Positions 47,701 to 59,388 of a DNA stretch of 64,000 bases are shown in pieces (positions within the stretch are counted from its first letter, which is position 1; each line of letters starts with the position of its first letter). Origin of the DNA: Fonticula alba ATCC 38817. Taxonomy: Eukaryota > Protista > Nucleariida. A program made the translations under genes and the position numbers. The notes below the pieces were generated by a model. The model made no database searches. It saw only the letters and a program-made list of their open reading frames with translations, and was not told the DNA's origin. Location of the stretch: NCBI GenBank assembly GCA_000388065.2, contig KB932213.1. The stretch is one strand, 5' to 3'.

Positions 47701-48945
47701 ACATGGTGACGCTGGAGCCACTCGCTACCGCGTGCCCAGCGGCGCTTGTGCGCGTCGATCTGGGACTTGAGACCGCCGACCGGCTGCACCACAAGGACGC
47801 TGCTGACCCCATCGTCCCCGGTGACAGAGGCCCCGGCGGAGCCGCTGGTCGAGGCGGCAGATGACAGGTTCTCCGCAAACAGGCCCCGGCGACGGGCCGA
47901 GTTCTTCTCATGCTCCAGGAGCTCGAGGAAGGCCACCGACGAAGGGCTGGGCCAGGGGGTAGGGGAGGGAGGGAGAGAGGGAGAGAGCGAGAGAGCGAGG
48001 AGTCAATGGCAGAGCGGCGTGGGGGGGGGGGGGGGGCTACAAACGTAGCACCGGAGAGGGGGGGGACATGCGTACCGATCAATGTCGAAGCCAGTGGCCC
48101 GGCGCCGAAGCTCGAGCGCCTGGTTGGCCAGGCGGCTCAGGTCGTTGGAGTACTGAAGCTCGATCTCCGAGCGGCGCTTCAGGAAGGAGCGGATCTCCTC
48201 GGCGAGCGCCACTTCGGACGCGTGCTTGGCCTGGAGCCTGTCAGGGAGGCGGGGGGGGGNNNNNNNNNNNNNNNNNNNNNNNNNNNNNNNNNNNNNNNNN
48301 NNNNNNNNNNNNNNNNNNNNNNNNNNNNNNNNNNNNNNNNNNNNNNNNNNNNNNNNNNNNNNNNNNNNNNNNNNNNNNNNNNNNNNNNNNNNNNNNNNNN
48401 NNNNNNNNNNNNNNNNNNNNNNNNNNNNNNNNNNNNNNNNNNNNNNNNNNNNNNNNNNNNNNNNNNNNNNNNNNNNNNNNNNNNNNNNNNNNNNNNNNNN
48501 NNNNNNNNNNNNNNNNNNNNNNNNNNNNNNNNNNNNNNNNNNNNNNNNNNNNNNNNNNNNNNNNNNNNNNNNNNNNNNNNNNNNNNNNNNNNNNNNNNNN
48601 NNNNNNNNNNNNNNNNNNNNNNNNNNNNNNNNNNNNNNNNNNNNNNNNNNNNNNNNNNNNNNNNNNNNNNNNNNNNNNNNNNNNNNNNNNNNNNNNNNNN
48701 NNNNNNNNNNNNNNNNNNNNNNNNNNNNNNNNNNNNNNNNNNNNNNNNNNNNNNNNNNNNNNNNNNNNNNNNNNNNNNNNNNNNNNNNNNNNNNNNNNNN
48801 NNNNNNNNNNNNNNNNNNNNNNNNNNNNNNNNNNGGGGGGGGGGGGGGGCGGTAAGCGGCTGGGCCCACATGAAGGAAGCAAGCGCGAGGGCGGGGAAGG
48901 GGCGTACCCGCCGAAGGAGGACGCCGATGCGGGTGTGGCCGTCAT
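44773..48945 (-). CDS. F-BAR protein with an HR1-like coiled coil and four SH3 domains (Bzz1/FCHSD/Nwk-like)
   Basis: The gene starts MTATPASASSFGG|GT and continues EEIRSFLKRRSEIELQYSNDLSRLA (FCH), ARNDYVLA and TVDLEKRRKEFDAVQSLASAYRATPQFG (HR1-like). The SH3 domains are VRVLYTYEARAADELS..DW..FPRSYV, VRAVHSYSAQDDTELT..PDWWYG..KEGYF, VQAIYPYSAAVAGELSF..SWWEG..GQFPCAYV and VQFDYEAREAGELS..NWT..GLIPTAWI*. A gap at 48260-48834 hides part of the gene. Confidence 0.85.
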
Positions 48946-51900
48946 GACTCCCCGATAGCTTGTGCGGTAGGGGCAGGGGGAGCGAAAAGACGAGTGGGAG
49001 AGGGGAGGGAGGGAGAGGTGCGAGGGGGGGGGGTATGGGGAGGCGAGGTGAAAGTGCAAGTGCTACCGGCTCCCGACCGGGGCCCGATCGGGTGGGGGTA
49101 TTTTCAACAAAAAAACGCCTCTCGCCCCGGTCACGGGCGGGGACCACGCCGACCGCCGTTCCGGTGCGGCTAGCGGCGGGGGAGGCGGGCGCCCGGCCGC
49201 ATCGCCTGTGTCGTTGCTCCTGCTGGCCCGGCGGGGCGACCGGCGCGCGAGGACACGAGCGGAGCGCCGTCCCCGGGGTCCCCCCGGCGGCCCTGGCTCC
49301 GGGAAAGGGACCGGTGCTCCGTCGGAGATCTGACTGCCCCGTGCGAGCGCGCGCACACGCACACCCAACAGCCGGCCATCGAAGCAGCCCGGGGGCGATC
49401 CCGCGCCGCCCTGTGTGGCAAAAGAGCGGGGGGGGGGGTTGTGCGGGGGCGCCCGGGCTGGGGGCATGCGCTCCGGCCGGGGCCGGGTCGTTTGCACATG
49501 GCAGATGTGGCGGCCAGCGGGCGTGAGCGTGAGCTGTTGTTGTGGATGGGGGGCCGGGAAGAGAGGGGTGCGGCGCCGTGGCTCGGGCCGAAAACCGAGC
49601 GCGCAGGGAAACCCGGCATGTGCGGCGAAAACGACGAACAAGAATTCGGGGAATGTCACGACCTGGGAAGCGGCGGTGGATGGCTGCCGGCGGCGGAGAT
49701 TGCCGACGCCCATGCCGATCCCCCCCGCGGCGGGCGGCCGGGCCGGGCGGCCGCGGGGGCGGCGGAGTGTCCCCGGGGTCCCGCGGGTGCACAGGCGGCA
49801 AGACAGGGCGCACTTGCGAAGCCCAGAAGCATCGGCGGCCGGCACCTGGGGCCAGCGGCCGGGGGGTAAACAAACGTTGGCAGGGTGCCGGCACTCCGCG
49901 CGGGGAGCCCTTCGCCCAGGCCGCCGGCGGGCCGCATTCGCCCGGTGGTGGTGGCAAATGGGTGTCCCCGGCCCGGCGGGGTTTCGCGGCATGGAGCTAG
50001 CCCCGATGGGGGGATCGCGCGCGCGCGCGCACGCACACAGCCCAGCCACACGCCGCTCGGCCGCGCGGCCGAGCCGCCGGCCAGTCCGACAGTCCGGAAA
50101 GAACACGCAGAGGTGCTTTTCCGGGGCCCCGGCCGCCCCGCTGCGCCCCCGGCTGGCCCTGCTCCTCCCCCGGGGTCGCAGCAGGGGGGGGAGAGCCCGC
50201 GAGTCAGCCGGAATCCCTTCGCCCCCCGCCCCTTCCCCGGCGAAGGGGGGGCCCAGGGGCATGCGAGTGTGCCGAATGCGCTGGCCCGGCCGCGACGCCA
50301 GCCCGGGGGGGGCGCCGGGCACCCGCGGGCTTGGAGAATGTGGCCCCAGCGGCACCGCCCACGGCGCGGGGGCTGGCCACAGGCATGGCCGCCGGATGCG
50401 TGAAGGACGGGGCCAGCCGACCGTCAGGCGGCCGGGGCCGGGCCGAGGACGGGCCCGGGCGCGCGACACAACCCAGCACTGACGTTGCTCCGAGCCGCAG
50501 GGCCTGAAACCGGGAGCGGCGGCCCGCAGCTCGAACACGCGCGCGCGAGCGGCCGCCAACCGCCCCCCCTTCTGGCTGCCACTGGCCCCAGCCCGGGGTC
50601 CTGTGCTCCGGGCCCCGCACACACACCATTCCTTCCCCCCCCCCCCCCGGGCCGTGTGGGTTGTTTAACCGCGTCCCCGGCCGGCGCGCGCGGACCGTCT
50701 CCAAAGCAGGGCAGGTCAGACGGCCTGCATGCGCGAAAGGGGTCCCGCGCGCGCGCGCGTACGAGCCAGCGCCAGTGGGGGGTGCATGCGCCCTTGGCCG
50801 GAGGGGGGGGGGCTCCGGCGCCATTCACCCGCCCCGCGGGGCGCACGTCATCCGTTTGGTCGGTGTGATGCCGCTCATGGTGTCCGCCCGGCCTCCGGGC
50901 GTGCATTCCCCGTGCGATGCGTGATCCCGGCGGCGCACGTGCAGCCGCAGGTGAACCCTATCCGTCTGCCGGGGCATGGGGCCCGGGGGAGCCAATCGCC
51001 GGCCAGCCGGCCAGCCGGCCGGGCGGCCGGTCGGCATGCCCCCATGCCCCTCGGCCGGGCCACTGATGCTCGTCCTGGCGTGCGTTTCTTCGCGGTCCCC
51101 GGGGCGCGGAAGGGTTCAGGGGTAAAAGGCCCCAGTCGGCCGACGGACACGGCGCGCGGAGAGATCGGCCGGCTGGAGGCGGGGGCGGGGGGGGGGGGGG
51201 GCGCATTTTCCCGGCTCTTCTCCTCGGCCGGGGGAGGAGGGAGGAGGGGCCCGCGCAGGGGCTTTTCGCTTGGAAGAGCGGAAGACCCAGGCTCATTTGT
51301 TATGATTATTTATTACGACAATGCCAGCCCCTTCTCCCTTCTCGGGCGCCTCTGGCCGGGGGCTTCTCCCGCCCGGGGGGGGGGGGGGAGAGGCGTTTGC
51401 GCCCGCGGCTGGGCGGCCCCCAAACCGGCGGGCACACGGCGCGTTCTTGTTTCGCAGCATACCGGCCGGGACGCGCAAATACGCCGGAAGCCGGCCCTTC
51501 TCTTAGTCCCCCCGCCCTCTCCCGGTCAGGGGCGGAGTGGGGGGCTGAGGCACGGGCAAATGCGCGCACACCGGCTGCCCCCGACGGGGCCGAGGGGTAG
51601 ATTCCAACCCTTCGCCGGGCCGGGGGCGCCGGGGCTGCGAGGCTTCGTTCGCGCTGTGCGCAGGCGTGTCGGGCCCCGGTCTTCGGCACGGGGCACCGGG
51701 GCGGTGAACCCCGGGCTCCGGGCGCGCCCCGAACGGAGGCCCCGAGAGAGAGGGGGGGGGGGGGCGGACCGAACAGATGCCGGACACCCCGGCACACGGC
51801 CCCCGGGGCGGTCGCGGAGGCCGGCACCCCTGGCTGTGGCGGCCGGCGGCCCCGGAGTTGGGAGGAGAGGCCTGCCCCCGGTCGTCCCCGGCGCTGGGAC

Positions 51901-52109
51901 CCTCTTTGGGCCGGCGGTGCCCGAGCCTGGGCCGGCGCCGGCCCGACCGGCACACAGATTGTGTTCACTGGCGACACCCCCTCCTCCCCTCCCTCTCCCC
52001 CCTCCCCGTCGCCCCCCCTCCCCCTTGCTTTTCGCTCCTCCCCCGCTCCCCGTTCCCTCCCCCCCCCCTCCGTGGCCGCACATACACACGCACACACCCC
52101 TGGCACGCC

Positions 52110-55100
52110 ATGGCCGACTCCTCCCTCGACGGCTCGTCCTCCGCCGCGCAGCAGAATGTCGTCGCCGATGCCCTCCTGAACGGTGCGCCATGTCCCCGGG
52201 CCAACTTGGCTCGTCTGCTTTTGCGCCTGCCCCNNNNNNNNNNNNNNNNNNNNNNNNNNNNNNNNNNNNNNNNNNNNNNNNNNNNNNNNNNNCCCCCCCG
52301 AAACACATCCACACAGTCAAGGCCCTGGCCTCGTTCAGCTTCAGCGATGACCAGCCGCCCCTTGAGTTCCCGAGCAAGGCCATCTCGGCCGAGGTGTCCT
52401 GGTCGGATGGCTCGCGTCTGGACGCACCCGCCTTCCGCCACGAGAAGATGCAGTTCATGAGCGAGCAGCTCCAGCAGATCGCCACCCTGGTGCGTTGTGG
52501 CCGGCCTCCTACGCGCTTCCTCCCTGCCTCTCTCTCTCATATCGGTCTGAAATTTGCCCGACGCCCTGCTGACTCTGAGCTCGCCATTTGTTTGCCCTCA
52601 CCCCCACCACCCTACACCTCTTCTCAACACCTCCTCTCAACACCTCCTCTCAACACCTCCACCCAACACCTCCACCCAACACCTCTTCTCAACACCTCTT
52701 CTCAACACCCCTTCTCAACACCTCTACACCCCTTCTCAACACCTCTACACCCCTTCTCAACACCTCTACACCCCTTCTCAACACCCCCCCACCATACAGG
52801 AGGAGCGCACCCGCGTCGGCGAGTCCTTCATCCACATGCTGTACGCCTACCGCGGCGTGTCCGGCGCCATTCCCCAAGTGCGCGACCATGACGAGGCCAA
52901 CAAGGCGGCCCTCTACGCACACACCTACCAGGTCCTCAAGCCGCTGGTGGACAAGATGAAGGAACTCATGGCCTACATGGAGTCCTCGGTGAACACCGTT
53001 TGCAAGATCCTGGTGGTGGCCAACGAGGCGCGCAAGTCCCGCGGGTCGCCCCCCTCCGAGGAGCTGCTCCTGGCCCTGGCCCGGGTATTCAACATGTTCA
53101 TCTCGCTGGACGGGCTGAAGGACATGAAGTCCTCGCTGAACAACGACTTCGCCATCTACAAGCGCGCCCTGTCCAACATGAAGAAGCAGACCAACCCCAA
53201 TGAGGATGAGACGATGGAAAACCAGAAGCTCTACAACTTCCTCGGTAACAAGGACGAATTCGCGCGCGAGCTCCGCAAGACCATCAACCTGGACGGCGGC
53301 CCCGGCGCCATCGAGGACGTCCTGGCCGACTTGCTGGACAAGGCGGCCGACATCATCGAGCGGCGGACCTACATCACGGCCGACAACAAGCACACCCTGC
53401 TCAAGGCCATGGGGTTCTCGCTGTACCTGCTGGACAGCGACCAGTCGGACAAGGCCATCACCAAGAACAAGAAGGTCAAGCTCGACCGGCTGATGCGCCT
53501 GTTCAAGGCCACCCCCTACATGCCGCTGACCGGTGACATGACCCTCAGCATGCAGACCCTCCTGCTGAAGACCAGCCTGCGCGAGGTGAGCTGGGTCACC
53601 GAGAGCCCGGGCAATGAGGACAACTCCCTGCGCCGGGCGTACTCGCTGCTGCACACGCTGCCGGAGGCGCGGGCCGAATTCCGCGAGTACCTGGCCGAGC
53701 TGGGCACCTTGCGTAGTGAGTTCCGCCGGCGGCAGCGCCTCATGGGGGCGGCCGGTGGTGCTCCGGCCGACACGCTGACCCCGGTGCCGCCGCTCCTGTC
53801 CTCCCCCATGTACAATGTCCTGCTCCGGGGGTTGCAATTGCTGGGGCGCCTGACCACGGCGGTCATCGAGCAGTCGGCCTGGAAGCTGGCCCATCCGACC
53901 GACTCGTCCATCAACCCCGACTGCCCGGAGAATGCCCACGACTATGAGAAGTCCGTGCGGTACAACTACAGCTCCGCCGAGAAGACCGCCTTCGTGGAGT
54001 ACCTGTCCATGGTGTACAGCCTGAAGCGCACCCTGGCCCAGGCGGAGGCTCCCTTCGGCCATGTCATCTACTCGTACATCCATGCCACCCTGCAGCGCTT
54101 CGCTCATGGGTCCCTGGCGGAGGTGATTGCCTCGGTGGCCAAGAAGAGCAAGCAGAATGTCCTCGTGTGCGTGGCCCCTCCTCCTCCCCTTGTGGTTCTG
54201 GGTTTTTTTTTTCGTCCATTTGAGCTTCACACCCTCGGGCTCATTTCCCTCTTCCTGTGTCTTGTGCTAACGTGCCTTCTGGGCTCCCCTTGACCTGCTG
54301 GTGTATGTGTGTGCGTGTGTGTGCATGTGTGTGCATGTGTGTGCGTGTGTGTGCATGTGTGTGCATGTGTGTGCATGTGTGTGCTTGTCTCCCCATGCGC
54401 CACCGGGCTCCTCGTATCTTCCCTCGCCTCCGCCTGTGCCGGCACCCACCACAGGGCCCTTGGTCACGCGTTCAATGTGATTGCCGACTCGACCGCCGCC
54501 GAGGGCACCGACATTGTGGCCCAGGTGAGCGACAAGAAGGCCAAGAAGGCCAAGAAGGCCTCCGGCTCGGGCGCCGGGATGGCCATCGAGCAGGCCTACC
54601 CCGAGCGCGCGGCCAGTGTCAGCCAGGCGCAGCTGTTCACCCTGCGTGCCCTGCTGGACTCGGTATACAATGAGAAGGCCCCGGGCATGCGCGGTGGCTT
54701 CATGAAGGACAAGGACCTGTCCAGCGAGCAGGCCGGCCTGCTGGATGCCGTCTTCCAGGAGGCGCACTTCTTCCCGGTCATGCTGTCCTTCGGGGCGTCG
54801 GTCGAGGCGGCGTCCGACCTGTCGGAGCTCTGGTACAAGGAGTTCTACCTGGGCCTGCGCAAGGAGATCCAGTTCCCGATTGAGATGTCCCTGCCATGGA
54901 TCCTGACCGAGCATGTGCTCAATCCGGATGATGCCCACGCCCTCATCGAGTCGGTGCTCTACCCGCTGGAGCTGTACAATGACGCGGCCGGCCGGGCCAT
55001 CCACAAGCTCCGGTCGCGCTTCCTCTTCGACGAGATCCAGGCCGAGGTGAACCTGGCCTTCGATCAGTTCATCTTCGCCCTGTCCAATGCGGTCTTCGAG

Positions 55101-57321
55101 CACTACAAGCAGCGCGCCTCCTCGTGCGTGTCGGGGGCCTCCCCGCTCCTTTGCCCTTTCTGTCGGCCTCTCGCTCGCCTCCCCGGTGCTGACTCTTTGC
55201 CTTCCTCCTCCCTGTCCGCGCCCGTGTGCGCGCGTACCCACATGCACATATTCATCCCGATAACCCGCGCACGCACACGCACACACGCACACACGCACAC
55301 ATGCACATGCTCGCAGCGTCCTCATCAACAAGGAGTACAAGCTCCTCTTCGAGGAGAACATCTCCTCCGACGGGCGCCTCGAGGTGACGGTCCTCCCCTT
55401 CGAGTCGGTCCTGCGCCAGCGGCACTTCCAGCTCCTCGGCCGGTCGGTGGACATCAGCCGGCTGGTGAGCCAGCGCATTTCGGCCAACCTGCGCCAGGCG
55501 GTGGAGGTGGCCATCCAGCGCTTCGAGGCGGCCCCGCTGCATGGCGTCCTGGAGCTGAAGGCCCTGCTGGAGCACAACCGCATGACGCACGAGCTCCTGT
55601 CGGCGGTCCTGCCGCTGGAGTCCTTCGACATGATCCTGGAGGAGGCCGACGAGGAGACCAACCTGGTGGCCTTCCACGGGCGCATCGTGTCGCATGTGGT
55701 CTACGAGCTGGTGAATGACTTCCTGCCGAACTACTGCTACAACATCATGAGCGGGCGCTTTGTCCTGGCCCGGCTGTCGATGATCGATCCGCTGAACCGG
55801 CCGTCGGCCCCGCGGCCGCTGCCGCACCTGCTCTTCGGCTCGCGCATCTTCAACAACCACTTCTCCCGGATGTTTGACCTTTACCGGGAGTACTTCGGCG
55901 AGGTGCACTTCAATGCCCTGTACACGCTGCTGGGCCGGGCCTACTTCCCGGTCATTCTCGGCGAGCTGGTGAACAATGCGCGCACCCTCTTCGAGCATTC
56001 GCTGCGCCCCTTCGTGTCGGCCCTCATGCGCGGCATGCCGCAGTCGTCCAAGCTGCCGGCCTTCGTGTACGGTGTCACCGGGTCCTATGAGTACTTCTTC
56101 GAGCTGCTGCGCCCGGTCATCACGTATGGCGCCCTGCGGACCGAGGTGTTCCAGGTGTTCCGGGAGATCGGCAACACCATCATCGTGCTGCAGCTGCTGG
56201 ACCGGGCGTCCTTCGTTGGGCAGCCGCTGGCCACCATGCTGACGGCGCCCTTCTTGGGGATCCGGGCCCCGGGGCCGAAGCCGAGCCCGGCCGGGGCGGC
56301 CGGCCCGGCCGGGGGGGCGGTCGATGCCCCGCCCCCGGAGAGCCCCACCGGCTCGGTGGCCGACGGGCGCTATGTGGTGGCCGATGTGCTGGCGGCCAAT
56401 GGCGAGCTCCTGGCTTCCTCCGGCACCGTGGTGGACTTCGCCACCCTGGGCCGGCATGTGGAGGCTCTGACCAAGGCCCAGCTTGGCGGCGGCCGGTCCC
56501 TGCTGGGCAGCTTCCTGGCCAGCCTCAGCGAGGCCCTGGATTCCACCCGCAGCGAGTGGCTCGGTGCCACCCCCTCGAATGACGTGCTCGAGGTGGACAT
56601 GAGCAAGGAGTACTATCGGATTTGGTCGGCCTGCCAGTTCACCTTCTGCACGCCGCCCATCACGGCGTCCGGCTCGACGACCCGGTGCGTGTCCCCTTTC
56701 GCCCCTTCTTCCTCCTCCTCCTGCGCTCCTCCTGCTCTTCGCCTTGCCGCTGATCCTGGCGAGTGTCCTTCTTTCTCTGACCCCTCTCCTGGTTTTTTCT
56801 CTCTCCCTCTCTCTCTCCCTCTGTGTGTGTGTGTGTGTGTGCGTTGCTACCATGCAATGGGTATGCGCAGTGAGAGCTTCGGCGAGGGCCTGCAGTTTGG
56901 CGGTCTGGTCTTCATCTACCTGCTGGGCCAGCAGCACCGTTTCGATGTGTTCGACTTCTCGTACCACCTGATCCAGGTGGCCGGCAATGAGACCCAGCTC
57001 GGCCGTGCCGGTGGTGTGGACCTTGGCCGCTTTGTGGACCTGGCCCGGTTCTGCCGGCTGCTGAATGACGAGATCTTCCGTGTGTTCCGCGCGCACATGC
57101 CCCTGCCGGCCTTCGAGCCGGCCCTCAGCATCGGCCAGCTGCCCCTCAAGAAGCCCGCCTTCGTGGGCCGGTTCTCGCCTCCGGGGCCGGATTCGGCCGA
57201 CGGCAGCGGCACCTATCACCCCTTCGCCGGGGTGCACGGCGATGGCGAGCGCATTGGCAACCTCAAGGCCATCGCCGTCACCGAGGGTGCTGGCGCGCCC
57301 GCGCCTGCTGCCTCCGAGTGA
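52110..57321 (+). CDS. CYFIP1: CYFIP/Sra1/PIR121, WAVE regulatory complex subunit
   Basis: Blocks read HMLYAYRGVSGAIPQV, LDGLKDMKSSLNNDFAIYKRA, SAWKLAHPTD, YEKSVRYNYS, LSELWYKEFYL, IQFPIEMSLPWILTEHVL, PLELYNDAA, FLFDEIQAEVNLAFDQF, RHFQLLGRSVDI, NDFLPNYCYN and YYRIWSACQF..C. Confidence 0.97.
52618..52787 (+). repeat. Intronic minisatellite built on a CAACACC core: about eight 13-bp units, then three 21-bp units
   Basis: The spacers between cores are TCCTCT x2, TCCACC x2, TCTTCT x2, CCTTCT, then TCTACACCCCTTCT x3. The array lies in the CYFIP intron 52490-52799. Confidence 0.85.
54303..54384 (+). repeat. (GT)/(GCAT) compound microsatellite in a CYFIP intron
   Basis: Repeated GTGTGTGCAT-type units are visible directly. 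Confidence 0.75.
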
Positions 57322-58108
57322 GGGCCCGGGCGGGACCCCCTCTCCCTGCCCGGGGGAGGGGAGCGCCTTTCCGGTCTTCCTTTCCTCCCTCGCACTCCCT
57401 CCCCCCGGGCAGGGAGGAAGGAGGGCAGCAAGCCCTGGCGTTGTTGGTGCACTGCGTGCCGCTGCCCGTTTGCGCCTCCTCCGACGCCAGTGTCCCGTTG
57501 AGAGGAGGGGCCAAGGCGTGCACCCACCATCCCCCCTTCCCCTGCCTCCGTTTGCTTTCCCTCCCTCTCTCTCTCTCTCTCTCTCCTTCTCTCTCCCTCT
57601 CTCTCCCTCTCTCTCCCTCTCTCTCGAGAGAGGGGGGCGCCTCCCTCCTTTTTTTCCCTCTGCCCCGGGGCATGCGCGTGAGGCGCATTATCCAAGCACC
57701 GATTTTCCCTCCGCCCCTTCCCAACCCTTTTGTCACCGAAATATATGTCTCTCAGAAAGAAACGCCGTGGACCTGCCGACCGCCGGGGGGCGGGACTCGC
57801 CCCCAGCCTGTGCGTGTGCCTCCGCCTTCTGCGGGGTTTTTTCTTTCACATGCGCTCAAAGATGTGTGCTACGTGTGCCTTATTGGGATGTGCGCGCGGC
57901 ACAGGTGCATTGTGGCGCTTGTTTGTTTTGTTTTTTTTTCCGCCTGGGCAGCACGCTGGCCCCCGGGGTGATGTGGGCACCCTTCTGTAAGGGAGAGGGT
58001 GGCTTGCTCGGCGGGCCGGCCGTTTGCGCCGGGAAAAGGCAGGAGGTGCCCGGCCCGAAGGCGGCCGGCGCGGGGAGACTGCCCCCCCCGCGCGGGCATG
58101 CTTCCGGC

Positions 58109-58811
58109 TCACCGCCGCCCCGGGAGGGAGGCCGGCTGAGCCGGCACGCGCAGCGACGACACAGCAGCCGTCAGCACCCGGATAATGCACTGGAAGGAGT
58201 CCAGCACCCCGAGAAGCAGGTGGTTGGCAAAGAAAACCACCAGCCGCATGGACGTCACGCAGGCATTGATGAAGTGCGGCCACAGGAGGAGGAAGATCTC
58301 GCCGGACAGGAAGTTGATTGACCGGAGCTCGGCCAGCAGCTCGGCAAAGAGGCCGCCATCCGGCGGGCCGTGCGTGCTCACCGTCCGATATGCCGCCAGC
58401 AGGGTGCTGGCCACGCCGACACAGCCGACCATCAGCACCAGCGCCCCGGCGTACAGCAGGACAAGCGGCACCAGCCAGAGCTGCCCGCGCGCGCGCGTGC
58501 GCGCAGAGCCCGGGCAAGGGAGGGGGGGCGGGGTATGGGGCAAGCGCATTAGTCAGGGGGATCGCAGGGGAGCAGGGGCCGGGGCCACGTCAGCGGGTGC
58601 GCACCAGCTGCGAGAAGACATAGGCACAGAAGGTGGTCGAGAAGATGGAAGTGCCGATCAGGATGAAGACCAGCGTGACAGCCAGCGACAGTCGGCGAAT
58701 GGCGTTGCCAGCCATCTCGGACATCGAGCCGGACACCACCTGCGCGAGGAGCGCCGACGTGCGTTCCAGCACCGAGGGCTTTCCCCCGGGCGGGGGTGTG
58801 TGTGTGGTCAT
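58109..58811 (-). CDS. Small hypothetical multi-pass membrane protein (~190 aa; exons 58605-58811 and 58109-58480)
   Basis: The spliced product is MTTHTPP...RRLSLAVTLVFILIGTSIFSTTFCAYVFSQL|LWLVPLVLLYAGALVLMVGCVGVASTLLAAY...FLLLWPHFINACVTSMRLVVFFANHLLLG. The intron is phase 0, GTGCGC...GGCAG. Confidence 0.7.
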
Positions 58812-59388
58812 TTGGCACGACAGGGAGCCGGGAAGAGGTGGCAGGGGAGCGAGGGAGGGAGAGGAAGCCCGACGGCGAGCGCCAGGGCAGGGGGGGGCGG
58901 GGGAGTCTGGGGGGGGGGGGGGGAGGTTCGGAGCACGGGCATAGGGGCCGATCGTGCCCCGGCCGTGCGCATGCCGGGCCGGAAGAAAAACCACCTCCCA
59001 GCGCGGGTCGGGCGTCCCCCCCCCCCGAACGCGACGGGCGGGCCTTGCCCTGCGTCCGTTGGCTGCTTGCATGTGCCGCCGGTCGGGCGGCCGGCGATCC
59101 TCCAAGCTGTGGCCCCCGGATCCCGGTTCCCGGGCCCGGCCAACTTGGGCGTGCCTGCCCGACGCGCCCAGCACTAGAGGGGCGCCGTCGGAGCCGTATC
59201 CACCGCTGAAGAGGGCCCGGGGGCCGGGGGGTCGGCCGGCCGGGCTGCGAGCACCCCCCTCCTCTCGACCTCCCGTCCCTCTCGTTGCCTTCCTTCGCCG
59301 CTCCCCTGCCTGCGCCGGGCCCCTGCCCCCCCCCCCCCGATCTACCCCTCTCTCTCTCTGGCGCCCTCCTCGCGCCACCCATCTGCCC

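Noticed and set aside
49000-52000. Possible protein-coding gene or snoRNA/tRNA in the long intergenic region
   Set aside because: I found no ORF with protein-like composition, no convincing splice pattern, and no tRNA cloverleaf or complete C/D box pair by eye. A covariance-model search is needed to exclude an ncRNA.
52618-52787. Repeat-spacer pattern resembling a CRISPR array
   Set aside because: The core is only 7 bp, the spacers are near-identical, the array is intronic in a eukaryotic gene, and there are no cas genes. It is a minisatellite.
38925-57321. FAN1 and CYFIP close together, as FAN1 and CYFIP1 both lie on human 15q
   Set aside because: The human genes are megabases apart, the intervening genes differ, and microsynteny over this distance is improbable. 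I treat it as coincidence.
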